From a virus, in the IMG/VR virus record IMGVR_UViG_3300048915_000060: a DNA stretch of 39,542 nt. One strand, 5' to 3'. Each line of letters begins with the position of its first letter. Within the stretch, counting starts at the first letter, position 1. The notes beneath the pieces are model-generated. The model did no database searches. It was not told where the DNA came from and worked only from the letters and a program-made list of their open reading frames with translations. Below are positions 8,203 through 15,888 of this stretch, piece after piece. Position numbers and translations under genes: made by a program.

Positions 8203-8724
8203 TTAGCTCCACGTGCCCGTGCCGATCTGCGTGCAAGTCGCCGTAGGCGAAGCACCGATAGCCGTAATCTGGATGATGAAATCGCGGAAGGTAGATGCGG
8301 CAATGGTCTGTGTGCCGTTCAGCGTCCATCCGGTATTGGTCGTGACCGTCCAGTTAAACGCGCCGTTGTTACCGCGACCGATGCGCAGAACAACGGTTGA
8401 ACCAACTACGGCCTGCTGCGGGGTGAGCGTTGCGAGAAGCGTCGCGACAGTCGGAAGGGTGAGAGCCTGACCTGAGCCGATGGTTCCTGTCAGTTCCAGA
8501 ACCGTTGCTTCCGCGCCCATGATCTGCGATTGGGTTGCGGTGAAACCCGTCGTATTGGAGGCAGCGTTATAAACCGCCGCCTGCCACGGGTTGATCGCGA
8601 GAATCGCGCCGATAATGCCTTGCTGATCCGCGAGCGCGCCGAGCATTGGCGAGATAACAGGAGTCTGGCCTTGAACGCCAGGGAAAAGCGCGCCGATCAG
8701 GGCGCCGATACGGGTTTTCTTCAT
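8203..8724 (-). CDS. Head-module protein of unknown function (173 aa) with scaffold-like N-terminal leader
   Basis: ATG at 8724 with an AGGGGA RBS. The N-terminus MKKTRIGALIGALFPGVQG parallels the scaffold N-terminus. The remainder is beta-rich. Confidence 0.55.
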   Translation of the reverse strand: MKKTRIGALIGALFPGVQGQTPVISPMLGALADQQGIIGAILAINPWQAAVYNAASNTTGFTATQSQIMGAEATVLELTGTIGSGQALTLPTVATLLATLTPQQAVVGSTVVLRIGRGNNGAFNWTVTTNTGWTLNGTQTIAASTFRDFIIQITAIGASPTATCTQIGTGTWS

Positions 8725-8753
8725 GGTAATCCCCTGATTAGGCTTTCGCCGGT

Positions 8754-8780
8754 TGTATAGCATTTATTGCAAAAAGTCAA
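8754..8780 (-). promoter_or_regulatory. Putative internal promoter for head genes (diverged copy of the phage promoter cassette)
   Basis: The minus strand reads TTGACT-TTTTGCAATAAA-TG-c-TATACA. This is a -35 box plus an extended -10. It equals the P1 motif TTTTGCAAT-TGCTATAG with a 3-nt insertion. It lies about 30 nt upstream of the ATG at 8724. Confidence 0.35.
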
Positions 8781-10081
8781 CGTACGCGCCGTGCACGGAT
8801 GAATCCGTTGCACGTCATCGTGCTCCCTGAGAACGCTGCAGCCGCGCACAGAAATACCGTGGAAGTGCTCGCGAGTGAAACCCGTGTTATCGGCGCCACA
8901 ACTTCAATCTGCTGCACCCCTACAACCGAAGCCGCAATCGACTGAATGTTAAGGAATGAGCCTGAAATAATCTGAAACGTGGCCGTCGTAGTGCCGATAC
9001 CCGCTTGCACTACGGTTGTCGTGGTTCCGGCTGCAGGCAGAAAATGCACTATACCTGTCACGTCCCAGTCGCCTGCCGTCAAACTAACGCTGGTCGCGTT
9101 TGCAACCGCGCCCGTGCTAAGTGCTGTCGCCGTGGTCGTAGCGGTGAGCAACTCGCCCACGCTGCCTGTATTCGCGTTGTCGTTCGTGGTCGTACCGACA
9201 ATGCCATTCGTACTGGACGGGGTGAAAGTTCCTGTGCTGCTAAGCGTTGTGAATGCGCCGGTGCTCGCCGCAGTATTGCCAATCGGGCCAGGGGACGCGA
9301 AGCGCGCAGTAAACCCCGCGCCGCTCACCGCGCCGCTTGCGGCCAAGGTTGTGAACGAACCGGTTGACGGTGTGGTTGCACCAATCGCCGTGCTATTGAT
9401 GCCGCTTGATGCGGACAACGTAGTGAAAGCGCCAGTTGACGGCGTGGTGTTCCCGACAGCCGTACTATTGATACCTCCCGTCGCGCTGAACCCGCCCGTG
9501 TGCGCCCATGCGCCGCTGCCGCTACTGGACGTGATTCCGCTGATACCGATCCCCTGGCCGCCCGTGATCGTGATCGCGTTCACGAAACCGGTAAAGGCGT
9601 CGTTAGCGAACCCCATTGACAGGACCGTCAACCCCCATTGAATGAACGCGTTTTTGTTGTTTGCGCTACGGATGGAGTCGATAAACTGTACTGTCGGATT
9701 CGGGCTGTTATAAATCTGCGTGCCCGTGGCGGTTACTGCCGGTACCGCACCGCCGGACGCGAACACGCTGCCGGCAGTCGCCGTCGTGAAGGCGCCTGTG
9801 TTCGGCGTGGTCGCACCAATCGGTGTATTGTTGATCGAGCCAGTAGTGATCGCCACGCCCGACATCGTGCCGGAAGTCGCATGCACGGCTGATACAGTCG
9901 GGTTCGGGTACGTTCCCGACAGATCGCCGCCCGCTGGCCCTGTCGGATCGCTCGCAACGCTGTTCAGCGCAAGCGTTGTCTGCTGCGCAAGCGAGTTGAC
10001 GGCGGCCTGAACTTCTTCAGGCGGCACGTCCGTGCCCGCACTGCGCACCTGGTACGGAATGATTCGGAATGCGTCAGCCAT
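8777..10081 (-). CDS. Tail fibre protein with internal ~22-aa repeats
   Basis: 434 aa. It has four copies of I(N/G)(N/S)T(A/P)(I/V)G(A/N)TTP(S/N)TG(A/S)FTT(L/A), Thr/Ser/Gly-rich beta composition and a globular C-terminus. Confidence 0.7.
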   Translation of the reverse strand: MADAFRIIPYQVRSAGTDVPPEEVQAAVNSLAQQTTLALNSVASDPTGPAGGDLSGTYPNPTVSAVHATSGTMSGVAITTGSINNTPIGATTPNTGAFTTATAGSVFASGGAVPAVTATGTQIYNSPNPTVQFIDSIRSANNKNAFIQWGLTVLSMGFANDAFTGFVNAITITGGQGIGISGITSSSGSGAWAHTGGFSATGGINSTAVGNTTPSTGAFTTLSASSGINSTAIGATTPSTGSFTTLAASGAVSGAGFTARFASPGPIGNTAASTGAFTTLSSTGTFTPSSTNGIVGTTTNDNANTGSVGELLTATTTATALSTGAVANATSVSLTAGDWDVTGIVHFLPAAGTTTTVVQAGIGTTTATFQIISGSFLNIQSIAASVVGVQQIEVVAPITRVSLASTSTVFLCAAAAFSGSTMTCNGFIRARRVR

Positions 10082-10409
10082 GGAGTGCCCTTAACCGTTT
10101 GCTTATTGATGGGCGCCCGCCGGGGCAATGCGTCAGCAGGTACGTTACCAGGCCGGGCCCGTAGCCGCATGCTTTCGCGTACTGGTCCGCCTCCAATTCC
10201 TGCGCTTCGCACATCGCGAAAAACTTCTCAGTCTGAAAAAACGCTCGAAGCGTCAGAACCCATATCAATCTCCGATTTACATGTTTGTGATGCAGGTGGC
10301 CGCGCTCGTGAGCCAGAATCGCGTTCTGCTCAAAGCGCGACAGAACGGCGAACTGATCGCCCGTCTGTATTGTGCCCCACGGAGTCACGCGTGCGCAGAA
10401 GTCTTTCAT
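10074..10409 (-). CDS. Mini zincin metallopeptidase (M48/M56/ImmA-like HExxH)
   Basis: 111 aa from the ATG at 10409 (ATGA overlap with the upstream stop). It has AHERGHLHHKH (HExxH) plus downstream ELEADQYA, the Glu third-ligand motif seen in M48/M56/ImmA families. Confidence 0.6.
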   Translation of the reverse strand: MKDFCARVTPWGTIQTGDQFAVLSRFEQNAILAHERGHLHHKHVNRRLIWVLTLRAFFQTEKFFAMCEAQELEADQYAKACGYGPGLVTYLLTHCPGGRPSISKRLRALHG

Positions 10410-10909
10410 GCCGCCCCCAGGCATTCAAGTACGATTCGCAACGCATACACGCCGCCGGTTACCGTACCTGTCGCCGTGGTGCTCAGAGTAACTGGCGTTG
10501 AGGCGGCGCAGTAGAAATTAAATGTCGCGCTTGTTTCGTTGCCGGCTGTCGTCAGCGGCATACCGGTAGCGAAGCTGTTCGGATCGGAGTGGTTTATTCC
10601 GTTGTCGTTGACTAGCAGAATGGTGTAACTGCCCGTGGCGCCTGCGTTGGCCGTCGTAACAATCTCACTGATCGTCGCACGGTAAAGCCCCGCAACGGGC
10701 GCTGTATAGATCGCGGTCGGGGAGATTGCGCCCGCCTGACCGGTGAGAACCGTTGTCAAAACAATGCCCGTCTTCGTGGCTGACAGGATATTTACTGCTG
10801 AATTAGCCTGATTCGACAACGTAAGCAAGGCTCGTCGCAGACTTTCCGCGTCGTTCATGCCGCCCAATATCTGGAAGACGGGGAGAGCGAGTTGAAATTG
10901 ATCAGCCAT
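10406..10909 (-). CDS. Hypothetical virion protein (167 aa)
   Basis: TAATG coupling to the portal stop. Beta-rich, Thr/Ala-rich. Position is the only basis for the call. Confidence 0.5.
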   Translation of the reverse strand: MADQFQLALPVFQILGGMNDAESLRRALLTLSNQANSAVNILSATKTGIVLTTVLTGQAGAISPTAIYTAPVAGLYRATISEIVTTANAGATGSYTILLVNDNGINHSDPNSFATGMPLTTAGNETSATFNFYCAASTPVTLSTTATGTVTGGVYALRIVLECLGAA

Positions 10910-13089
10910 TATCGCGGCCCCATCTGCGGATCTTGAACCGAGTCAGGATGCACCATACCGGCGGGCCCTTGCGCGCGAGGCTGGCCGGGCTGAGCGCCGG
11001 GGCGCGGACTGCCCGCCACGCCGGGGCCCGCGCCGCCGGGCACGCCTGGCTGGCCCTGCGGTGCGCCGAGCTGCTTCTGCATCTTCTGGTTCATGGCTTG
11101 CTGGTGCGCCTGAATGTGCGCGCGGAACAGGCCGTGAGGATCGCCTGTCAGCGTCGCGCCTTGCATGTGCTCCGCGATGTGCCGCTGGTCGTCGTCCGCC
11201 GGATGAACTTCGGCAGGCAAGCCGTTGTGCATCATCAGGTTTTCATCGCTTGGCTCGACGTGGAACAGGTTGCGTTCATCGATCAGGATGCGCGGGCCGA
11301 CTTCCGGGCCGAAGATCTGTTCTGTGCCCATTTCCAGAATGGGACCCACGTTCAGGCGTCTGCCGTCCAGTTGCTGCGGGGGGATGCCTCGCAAGACGTT
11401 CATCCACGCAATCATCTGCTGCATGCGCTGCATGCCCGTCTGGTAAGCCGTGCCACACCAGCGGAAGAAATACCGTTCATTGAACGCCTGCACGGGAATC
11501 TCTTCCTGCTTCGCGCGCGCGCCGACTTCGCCCATCGTAACCACGGTCAGTTCCTTCGTACGGAACTGGCGGTCGAGCTCGAACATGCGTTCGAGCAACG
11601 GATTCAGGATGCAGCCCTCGTAGCGCTTTGCATGGTCAATGATGTTGGACTGCTGTTCCTGCGCCTGAGCTGCGGCCTGCGCCTGATTCTTCCGGCCGGC
11701 GGGCATCTTGCCGAGCATGGCGTCATTGACTTCCATACTCTCGTTGATCTGCGCTTTGATCGCCTGACAGAGCGCCACGGCATCCTTGTAGATCGCCGGG
11801 AACTGCGCAAACTGCGTCTTCTGCGGATCGGTCAGCCACACGGCGGCGAGACCCATCACCATTGACTGATAATTGGGATTGGCTAACGGATCGGTCATCA
11901 CGATAGGTAGAAGCGCGTACTGCGCGCTGTCCTGCCCCATGTTCCAGTAGTCGTTCAGATTCCACTGGAGGTACTTGACCGGCTCTACGCGTGAGATACC
12001 GTAAATCGTGCCCTGAATCCGTTCAACCGGTGCCGTGATGATCGGACGCTTCTTTGACCAGAACGGGTTTCGGATGATGCCCAGGATGACTTCAGGACCG
12101 GCGTAGTAGACGAAGCAAGGTTCCTTGCCACGTCCTTCTTCCAGTTCCAGATTCGTGTGTACCTCGTAGACCAGCGCGTACTTGTACGTGCCTTCCGTGC
12201 GCACGCCCGCGTCAGCGGTCCGGCGTTTGTTCGGGACACTCTTCTGACGACCGCCATCCGGTTCGTTCAGGTTGTCCATGATTTCTTTCGCGTTCCACCC
12301 GACGAAGACGCCTTCATCGATGAACTGCTGCACGGATTCTTTCGACAGGCGCAGCCGTACCGCCGTAGCGGTCGCGCGCTCGATGTCGTTCACGGTCGGC
12401 GGGTAGACGGCCAGATCATCAACCGCCATCGGCGTGATATCCGGCATCTCATCCACGACTTCCGTCTCTTCCGTGTCCCACTCTTCCTCAGCCGTCACGT
12501 CTTCAACGTCAACGCCTGCTTCTTCGTCGCTCAGGATTGGCGGTTTCTTGACGAGCTCCGTCACGCGGCGCGTCGTCTTCATCCAGTCGATATACAGCAG
12601 CCATTGGCCTGACACGTCGCCCGATAGCAGATCCGCGCGAACGATATCCTTCAGGTTCGTTTTTCGTATGTAATGCTCTAGTAGCGCAAGCGTAGGAAAC
12701 GGCGTAACGGAAGCCGGTCCAACCGCGTCAACGTGTTTGTAATTCGCTGGGAACAGAGTAGCAAGAGTGCGCTTGCATCGAGCGTTGATTGCATCCCGAA
12801 CAGCGGGTATGTAGCACTGGCTGTTGCCTGTGTACTGCTGGTTTTCATCGGGGCGCGCGTTGTAGATATTCCAGTACTCTTCAACCCAGTCGGACTGCTG
12901 CTGTTTGTTTTCATAGCACTTCTGGATCTTCGGATAGAGCTTCGCCGCGTCGATATACGCATCGGAAGACAGGTCTTCCGCGAAATTCTCAATCTCTTCC
13001 CCGGTGCGCTCAGCGTCAATCGCCCGACTATCGACTGTTTCGATGACGGGCTGTTCGTCCTTCTTTTCTTCTTTCTTTTTGCGCGCCAT
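10909..13089 (-). CDS. Portal protein
   Basis: 726 aa, the largest protein next to terL. Acidic N-terminus and a Gly/Pro/Gln-rich C-terminal tail. Size and synteny are typical of podovirus portals. Confidence 0.75.
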   Translation of the reverse strand: MARKKKEEKKDEQPVIETVDSRAIDAERTGEEIENFAEDLSSDAYIDAAKLYPKIQKCYENKQQQSDWVEEYWNIYNARPDENQQYTGNSQCYIPAVRDAINARCKRTLATLFPANYKHVDAVGPASVTPFPTLALLEHYIRKTNLKDIVRADLLSGDVSGQWLLYIDWMKTTRRVTELVKKPPILSDEEAGVDVEDVTAEEEWDTEETEVVDEMPDITPMAVDDLAVYPPTVNDIERATATAVRLRLSKESVQQFIDEGVFVGWNAKEIMDNLNEPDGGRQKSVPNKRRTADAGVRTEGTYKYALVYEVHTNLELEEGRGKEPCFVYYAGPEVILGIIRNPFWSKKRPIITAPVERIQGTIYGISRVEPVKYLQWNLNDYWNMGQDSAQYALLPIVMTDPLANPNYQSMVMGLAAVWLTDPQKTQFAQFPAIYKDAVALCQAIKAQINESMEVNDAMLGKMPAGRKNQAQAAAQAQEQQSNIIDHAKRYEGCILNPLLERMFELDRQFRTKELTVVTMGEVGARAKQEEIPVQAFNERYFFRWCGTAYQTGMQRMQQMIAWMNVLRGIPPQQLDGRRLNVGPILEMGTEQIFGPEVGPRILIDERNLFHVEPSDENLMMHNGLPAEVHPADDDQRHIAEHMQGATLTGDPHGLFRAHIQAHQQAMNQKMQKQLGAPQGQPGVPGGAGPGVAGSPRPGAQPGQPRAQGPAGMVHPDSVQDPQMGPR

Positions 13090-13304
13090 TACCCGATCAC
13101 TTTTCCGGCCAGCTTGCGTGCGAGGGAACTGCCCGTGTTGCGGTCCGCCGGCGTGCGCGCGGGCCGATCATCTTCTTCCGGCTTCTTCGACGTGCGTCCG
13201 TACGGCGTCTTGCTGTCCGCCCACATCTTGCCGCTGCGCAGATCAACCGATTGCGACCAGTTGCGCCCGCTGTTGCCGCGCATGTCCTTCTTCGATGCTT
13301 TCAT
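13089..13304 (-). CDS. Basic micro-protein p71
   Basis: 71 aa, Lys/Arg/Ser-rich (MKASKKDMRGNSGRNW...SKTPYGRTSKKPEEDDRP). ATGA coupling upstream and TAATG coupling to the portal downstream. Confidence 0.55.
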   Translation of the reverse strand: MKASKKDMRGNSGRNWSQSVDLRSGKMWADSKTPYGRTSKKPEEDDRPARTPADRNTGSSLARKLAGKVIG

Positions 13305-13456
13305 TTCCGCCCCTTCGGTTTGATGTCGGCGTGCCGCGCGATGATCTTGCGCTTCGCGCCCATCGGCGGGAGCTTGGCGCCTTTGCCTGGCGTTTTGCGC
13401 GTGTCGCGCTCCGGGCCCTGGCTGCCTTCACTCTTGTGATGGTCGCGATAGCCCAC
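13301..13456 (-). CDS. Basic micro-protein p51
   Basis: 51 aa from a GTG start (VGYRDHHKSEGSQGPERDTRKTPGKGAKLPPMGAKRKIIARHADIKPKGRK). It starts 2 nt after the p49 stop and ends in an ATGA overlap with p71. It is part of the 149-aa ORF in the track. Confidence 0.4.
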   Translation of the reverse strand: MGYRDHHKSEGSQGPERDTRKTPGKGAKLPPMGAKRKIIARHADIKPKGRK

Positions 13457-13458
13457 GA

Positions 13459-13608
13459 TCAGCCGCCCATCTTGCCTTTGGTGGTTCGATGCTTCTCGGT
13501 GCGCTCGCCGCGCTCCGGCATCTTGCCGCCTTTCTTGACCTGTTCGGGCGTGGCCTTTTTGCCCGGCGCGGTGTACACACGCGACATGCGGCCTTTCTTG
13601 CCTTCCAT
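13459..13608 (-). CDS. Basic micro-protein p49
   Basis: 49 aa (MEGKKGRMSRVYTAPGKKATPEQVKKGGKMPERGERTEKHRTTKGKMGG). TGATG overlap with the p53 stop. It shares the motif PE(K/Q)(L/V)xxGGxM with p53. Confidence 0.5.
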   Translation of the reverse strand: MEGKKGRMSRVYTAPGKKATPEQVKKGGKMPERGERTEKHRTTKGKMGG

Positions 13609-13769
13609 CACAGACCGTTGCGGCGCATTTTCTCGCGCATCGGGCCGCCCTGAAGCTTCTCGGGAACGCTGGTCGGCTTGCCGTGCGTGCCGCCCTGCTG
13701 TTCGCCCTTGTAGAAGGCGGTCGGGTTTTGCGTGGGGGCTTTCGGGACAATGGTACGGGAAACGGCCAT
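13608..13769 (-). CDS. Basic micro-protein p53
   Basis: 53 aa, hand-translated (MAVSRTIVPKAPTQNPTAFYKGEQQGGTHGKPTSVPEKLQGGPMREKMRRNGL). Strong GGAGGTAATC-ATG RBS, starting 2 nt after the terL stop. Third codon positions are GC-rich. It is below the ORF-track length cut-off. Confidence 0.55.
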   Translation of the reverse strand: MAVSRTIVPKAPTQNPTAFYKGEQQGGTHGKPTSVPEKLQGGPMREKMRRNGL

Positions 13770-13771
13770 GA

Positions 13772-15772
13772 TTACCTCCGGGGTAATGATGTGAAATAGG
13801 TTGCACCATGCGGATTCATAGCAGAATGCAGATCTTCCGGCAAGGTGTTTTGACGCGATGTTAGCACAAATACCGCTGCCTCAAGCCCTTCAAGCAAGGT
13901 GCGATGCGCGCCGCGCTCCGGTTCCTGCGACTGCTGCCCGGTCTTGCTGACCTGATAGCAATACCCGCCCGCCAGTGCGTTGAGCGTCTGCCGCGCGTTG
14001 CTGTCAACAAGGAAGAGGCGCTTGCCCTTGCTCTCCGTGCGGATCATGGGCGACAGCGCGCCGCGCGCCATCGTCGGATAGGCCCCGCGCATCGGGTTCA
14101 TTTTCGAAGTTCGCAGGGCCGTCATCAGCGGCAGGCGGTCCGCCTGGTCGGCCACGTCGCCCGGCACCCAGCACGTCAGCCTTGCTCGCGGGAAAGCTGC
14201 GCGTACAAGTTGCAGCACGTCCGGTACAGCCTGCGCTGGCACGACTGGCGAAATCCAGTCGGCAACCACGGCCAGTCGCTCACCCTCAACAGCCACAAGC
14301 GCCGCCGTAGTTTCGCTGCCGTTCGCGTTGAAGCAGAGCGCCATTGCATCGCGGGCAGAAGGTTCATATCCGTCGATGATGTTCCAGCTTCCGAAGTCTT
14401 CATAAACCGGAACTCCTGAAAAGACCCGCTGCGCGTACGCCAGTGCGTTGAGAATGTCGCGCTTGCCAGACGGGAAGTTGAGAATCTCCGCAACCAGCTG
14501 CTTATGCTGGCCCGCGCCGCCGACCAGAACAATGTCCCCGGCTTCGAAGAACGGCTGAAGCCCCATGATGAACTGTTCCTTGCTCCTGTCCTGCGGCGCC
14601 TGGATCGCCTTCAGCGGCAGGCTGACGCCGCGCCGGAGCATCTCCGCGCGCATTGGCTGGAGCAACCACTCATCAAGCGAGTTCTTTTCAATCGCGACGT
14701 TCGCATCGTCAAACCGGCGCGACGTGTCGAACGCATCCGCGATTATCTGGTCGGGTTTCCAGTACTCACCGCTTGAAGCATGCACGTAAATGCGGGTGCC
14801 GAGTCGGCTAAGCACCACCCGGCCCGTCCGGTCGCTAGAAGTAACACTAGCAGTGCGGGCGGGGTCAACCACCAGAGTCTTTGGAAGCCACGGCGCAGGG
14901 TCGATTGCAATTTCACGGATATGCTCACTCTCGAAAGGTTTGTCCTGACTGCCGATCGCCATCAGCATGTATTCCTGCATGAACCCGCGCAGCTGGCCGG
15001 CGGACTCCATCTTGTCGCGCTCGCGCCGCACCCACTCCATCGGGTAGCGCTCCGGCCACGTGGCAACCGTCCCCGGGTCATCGATATCCCCATTGCAGAT
15101 CGGGAAACGCATGCTGGTCCAGAACCGGTCACCGCGCAACCGCGTAATCATGCAGTCTTCGGCCAGAGGGGTCCCTGTCACACGGATCTTGCCTTTCTCC
15201 TTGTCCATCGCAGGCATCAGTTCGAGGTAGATCTTGCGCATCGACGCATCGACCGCCGCCTTGTCCTTGACGCGTTCCTTGTTCTCGATATCGTCCAGGT
15301 ACGCGCGGTCAGGCCGCAGGTCGTGCCACTTGAACCCCCGGATTTCTTCTTCCCACCCGTGGGCCTCGATCAGCACGCCGTTCGGCAGTTCGAACTGATG
15401 CTCGTTCCAGAGATGCCCGGACACCTTCAGCTTGCCAAACAGACTCGCCAGCTTCATGTTCCGCGACGCTTCGAACTTGATCGCCTCCAGGCGCTGGCAT
15501 GCCTTCGTGTACGTCTCGCCAATGATGATGCAATAGCCGAAGTTGCCGAGGCACGCCTCCAGCAACAGGAACTCCTCGCTCAGTGTTGACTTCCCGCCTT
15601 CGCGGAACATCTCGATGAGCACGTACTCATCCTGCGCGCGCCACGCGTCCATGATCTGCACGTGCGCCGCCGGCGAGTTCTGCGGATGCCGGTGCGGGAA
15701 CACCATTGCGCTTGCGAGTGCCCGGTCTTCCGAGATGATGCGTAAGGTTGCTGCTGAAGTCAGGCCGGTCAC
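13772..15772 (-). CDS. terL: Terminase large subunit
   Basis: 666 aa with a GTG start (GTGA overlap). Walker A-like EMFREGGKSTL, Walker B RAYLDDIE, and an RNase-H-like nuclease half (LVVDPARTAS). Confidence 0.85.
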   Translation of the reverse strand: MTGLTSAATLRIISEDRALASAMVFPHRHPQNSPAAHVQIMDAWRAQDEYVLIEMFREGGKSTLSEEFLLLEACLGNFGYCIIIGETYTKACQRLEAIKFEASRNMKLASLFGKLKVSGHLWNEHQFELPNGVLIEAHGWEEEIRGFKWHDLRPDRAYLDDIENKERVKDKAAVDASMRKIYLELMPAMDKEKGKIRVTGTPLAEDCMITRLRGDRFWTSMRFPICNGDIDDPGTVATWPERYPMEWVRRERDKMESAGQLRGFMQEYMLMAIGSQDKPFESEHIREIAIDPAPWLPKTLVVDPARTASVTSSDRTGRVVLSRLGTRIYVHASSGEYWKPDQIIADAFDTSRRFDDANVAIEKNSLDEWLLQPMRAEMLRRGVSLPLKAIQAPQDRSKEQFIMGLQPFFEAGDIVLVGGAGQHKQLVAEILNFPSGKRDILNALAYAQRVFSGVPVYEDFGSWNIIDGYEPSARDAMALCFNANGSETTAALVAVEGERLAVVADWISPVVPAQAVPDVLQLVRAAFPRARLTCWVPGDVADQADRLPLMTALRTSKMNPMRGAYPTMARGALSPMIRTESKGKRLFLVDSNARQTLNALAGGYCYQVSKTGQQSQEPERGAHRTLLEGLEAAVFVLTSRQNTLPEDLHSAMNPHGATYFTSLPRR

Positions 15773-15888
15773 TTGTTCCTCTTCGCCAGTTCCTTCTGCG
15801 GCTTCACCTTCTCGCCGTGCTGTTCCCTCGGGGGGTTCGCGCCACGGCGGGGCACGTTCGGTTTATGCGTGAATGGCTGTTTCGTCAT
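15769..15888 (-). CDS. Basic micro-protein p39 immediately upstream of terL
   Basis: 39 aa, hand-translated (MTKQPFTHKPNVPRRGANPPREQHGEKVKPQKELAKRNK). ATGA overlap with the upstream stop and GTGA overlap with the terL start. Confidence 0.45.
   Translation of the reverse strand: MTKQPFTHKPNVPRRGANPPREQHGEKVKPQKELAKRNK

Noticed and set aside
8777-10081. Diversity-generating retroelement targeting the repetitive tail-fibre gene.
   Set aside because: There is no reverse transcriptase ORF anywhere in the genome and no template-repeat / variable-repeat pair with adenine-specific mismatches. The repeats are in-frame structural ~22-aa units.
13004-13771. 255-aa plus-strand ORF spanning the whole terL-portal interval. 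The same applies to other long antisense ORFs such as 203..814 (+), 6113..6745 (+), 10933..11865 (+), 14780..15589 (+) and 35697..36215 (+).
   Set aside because: These are Cys/Arg/Pro-rich nonsense composition with no RBS. They lie opposite well-supported genes. Long open antisense frames are expected at about 60% GC, and the minus-strand frames show the GC-rich third codon positions.
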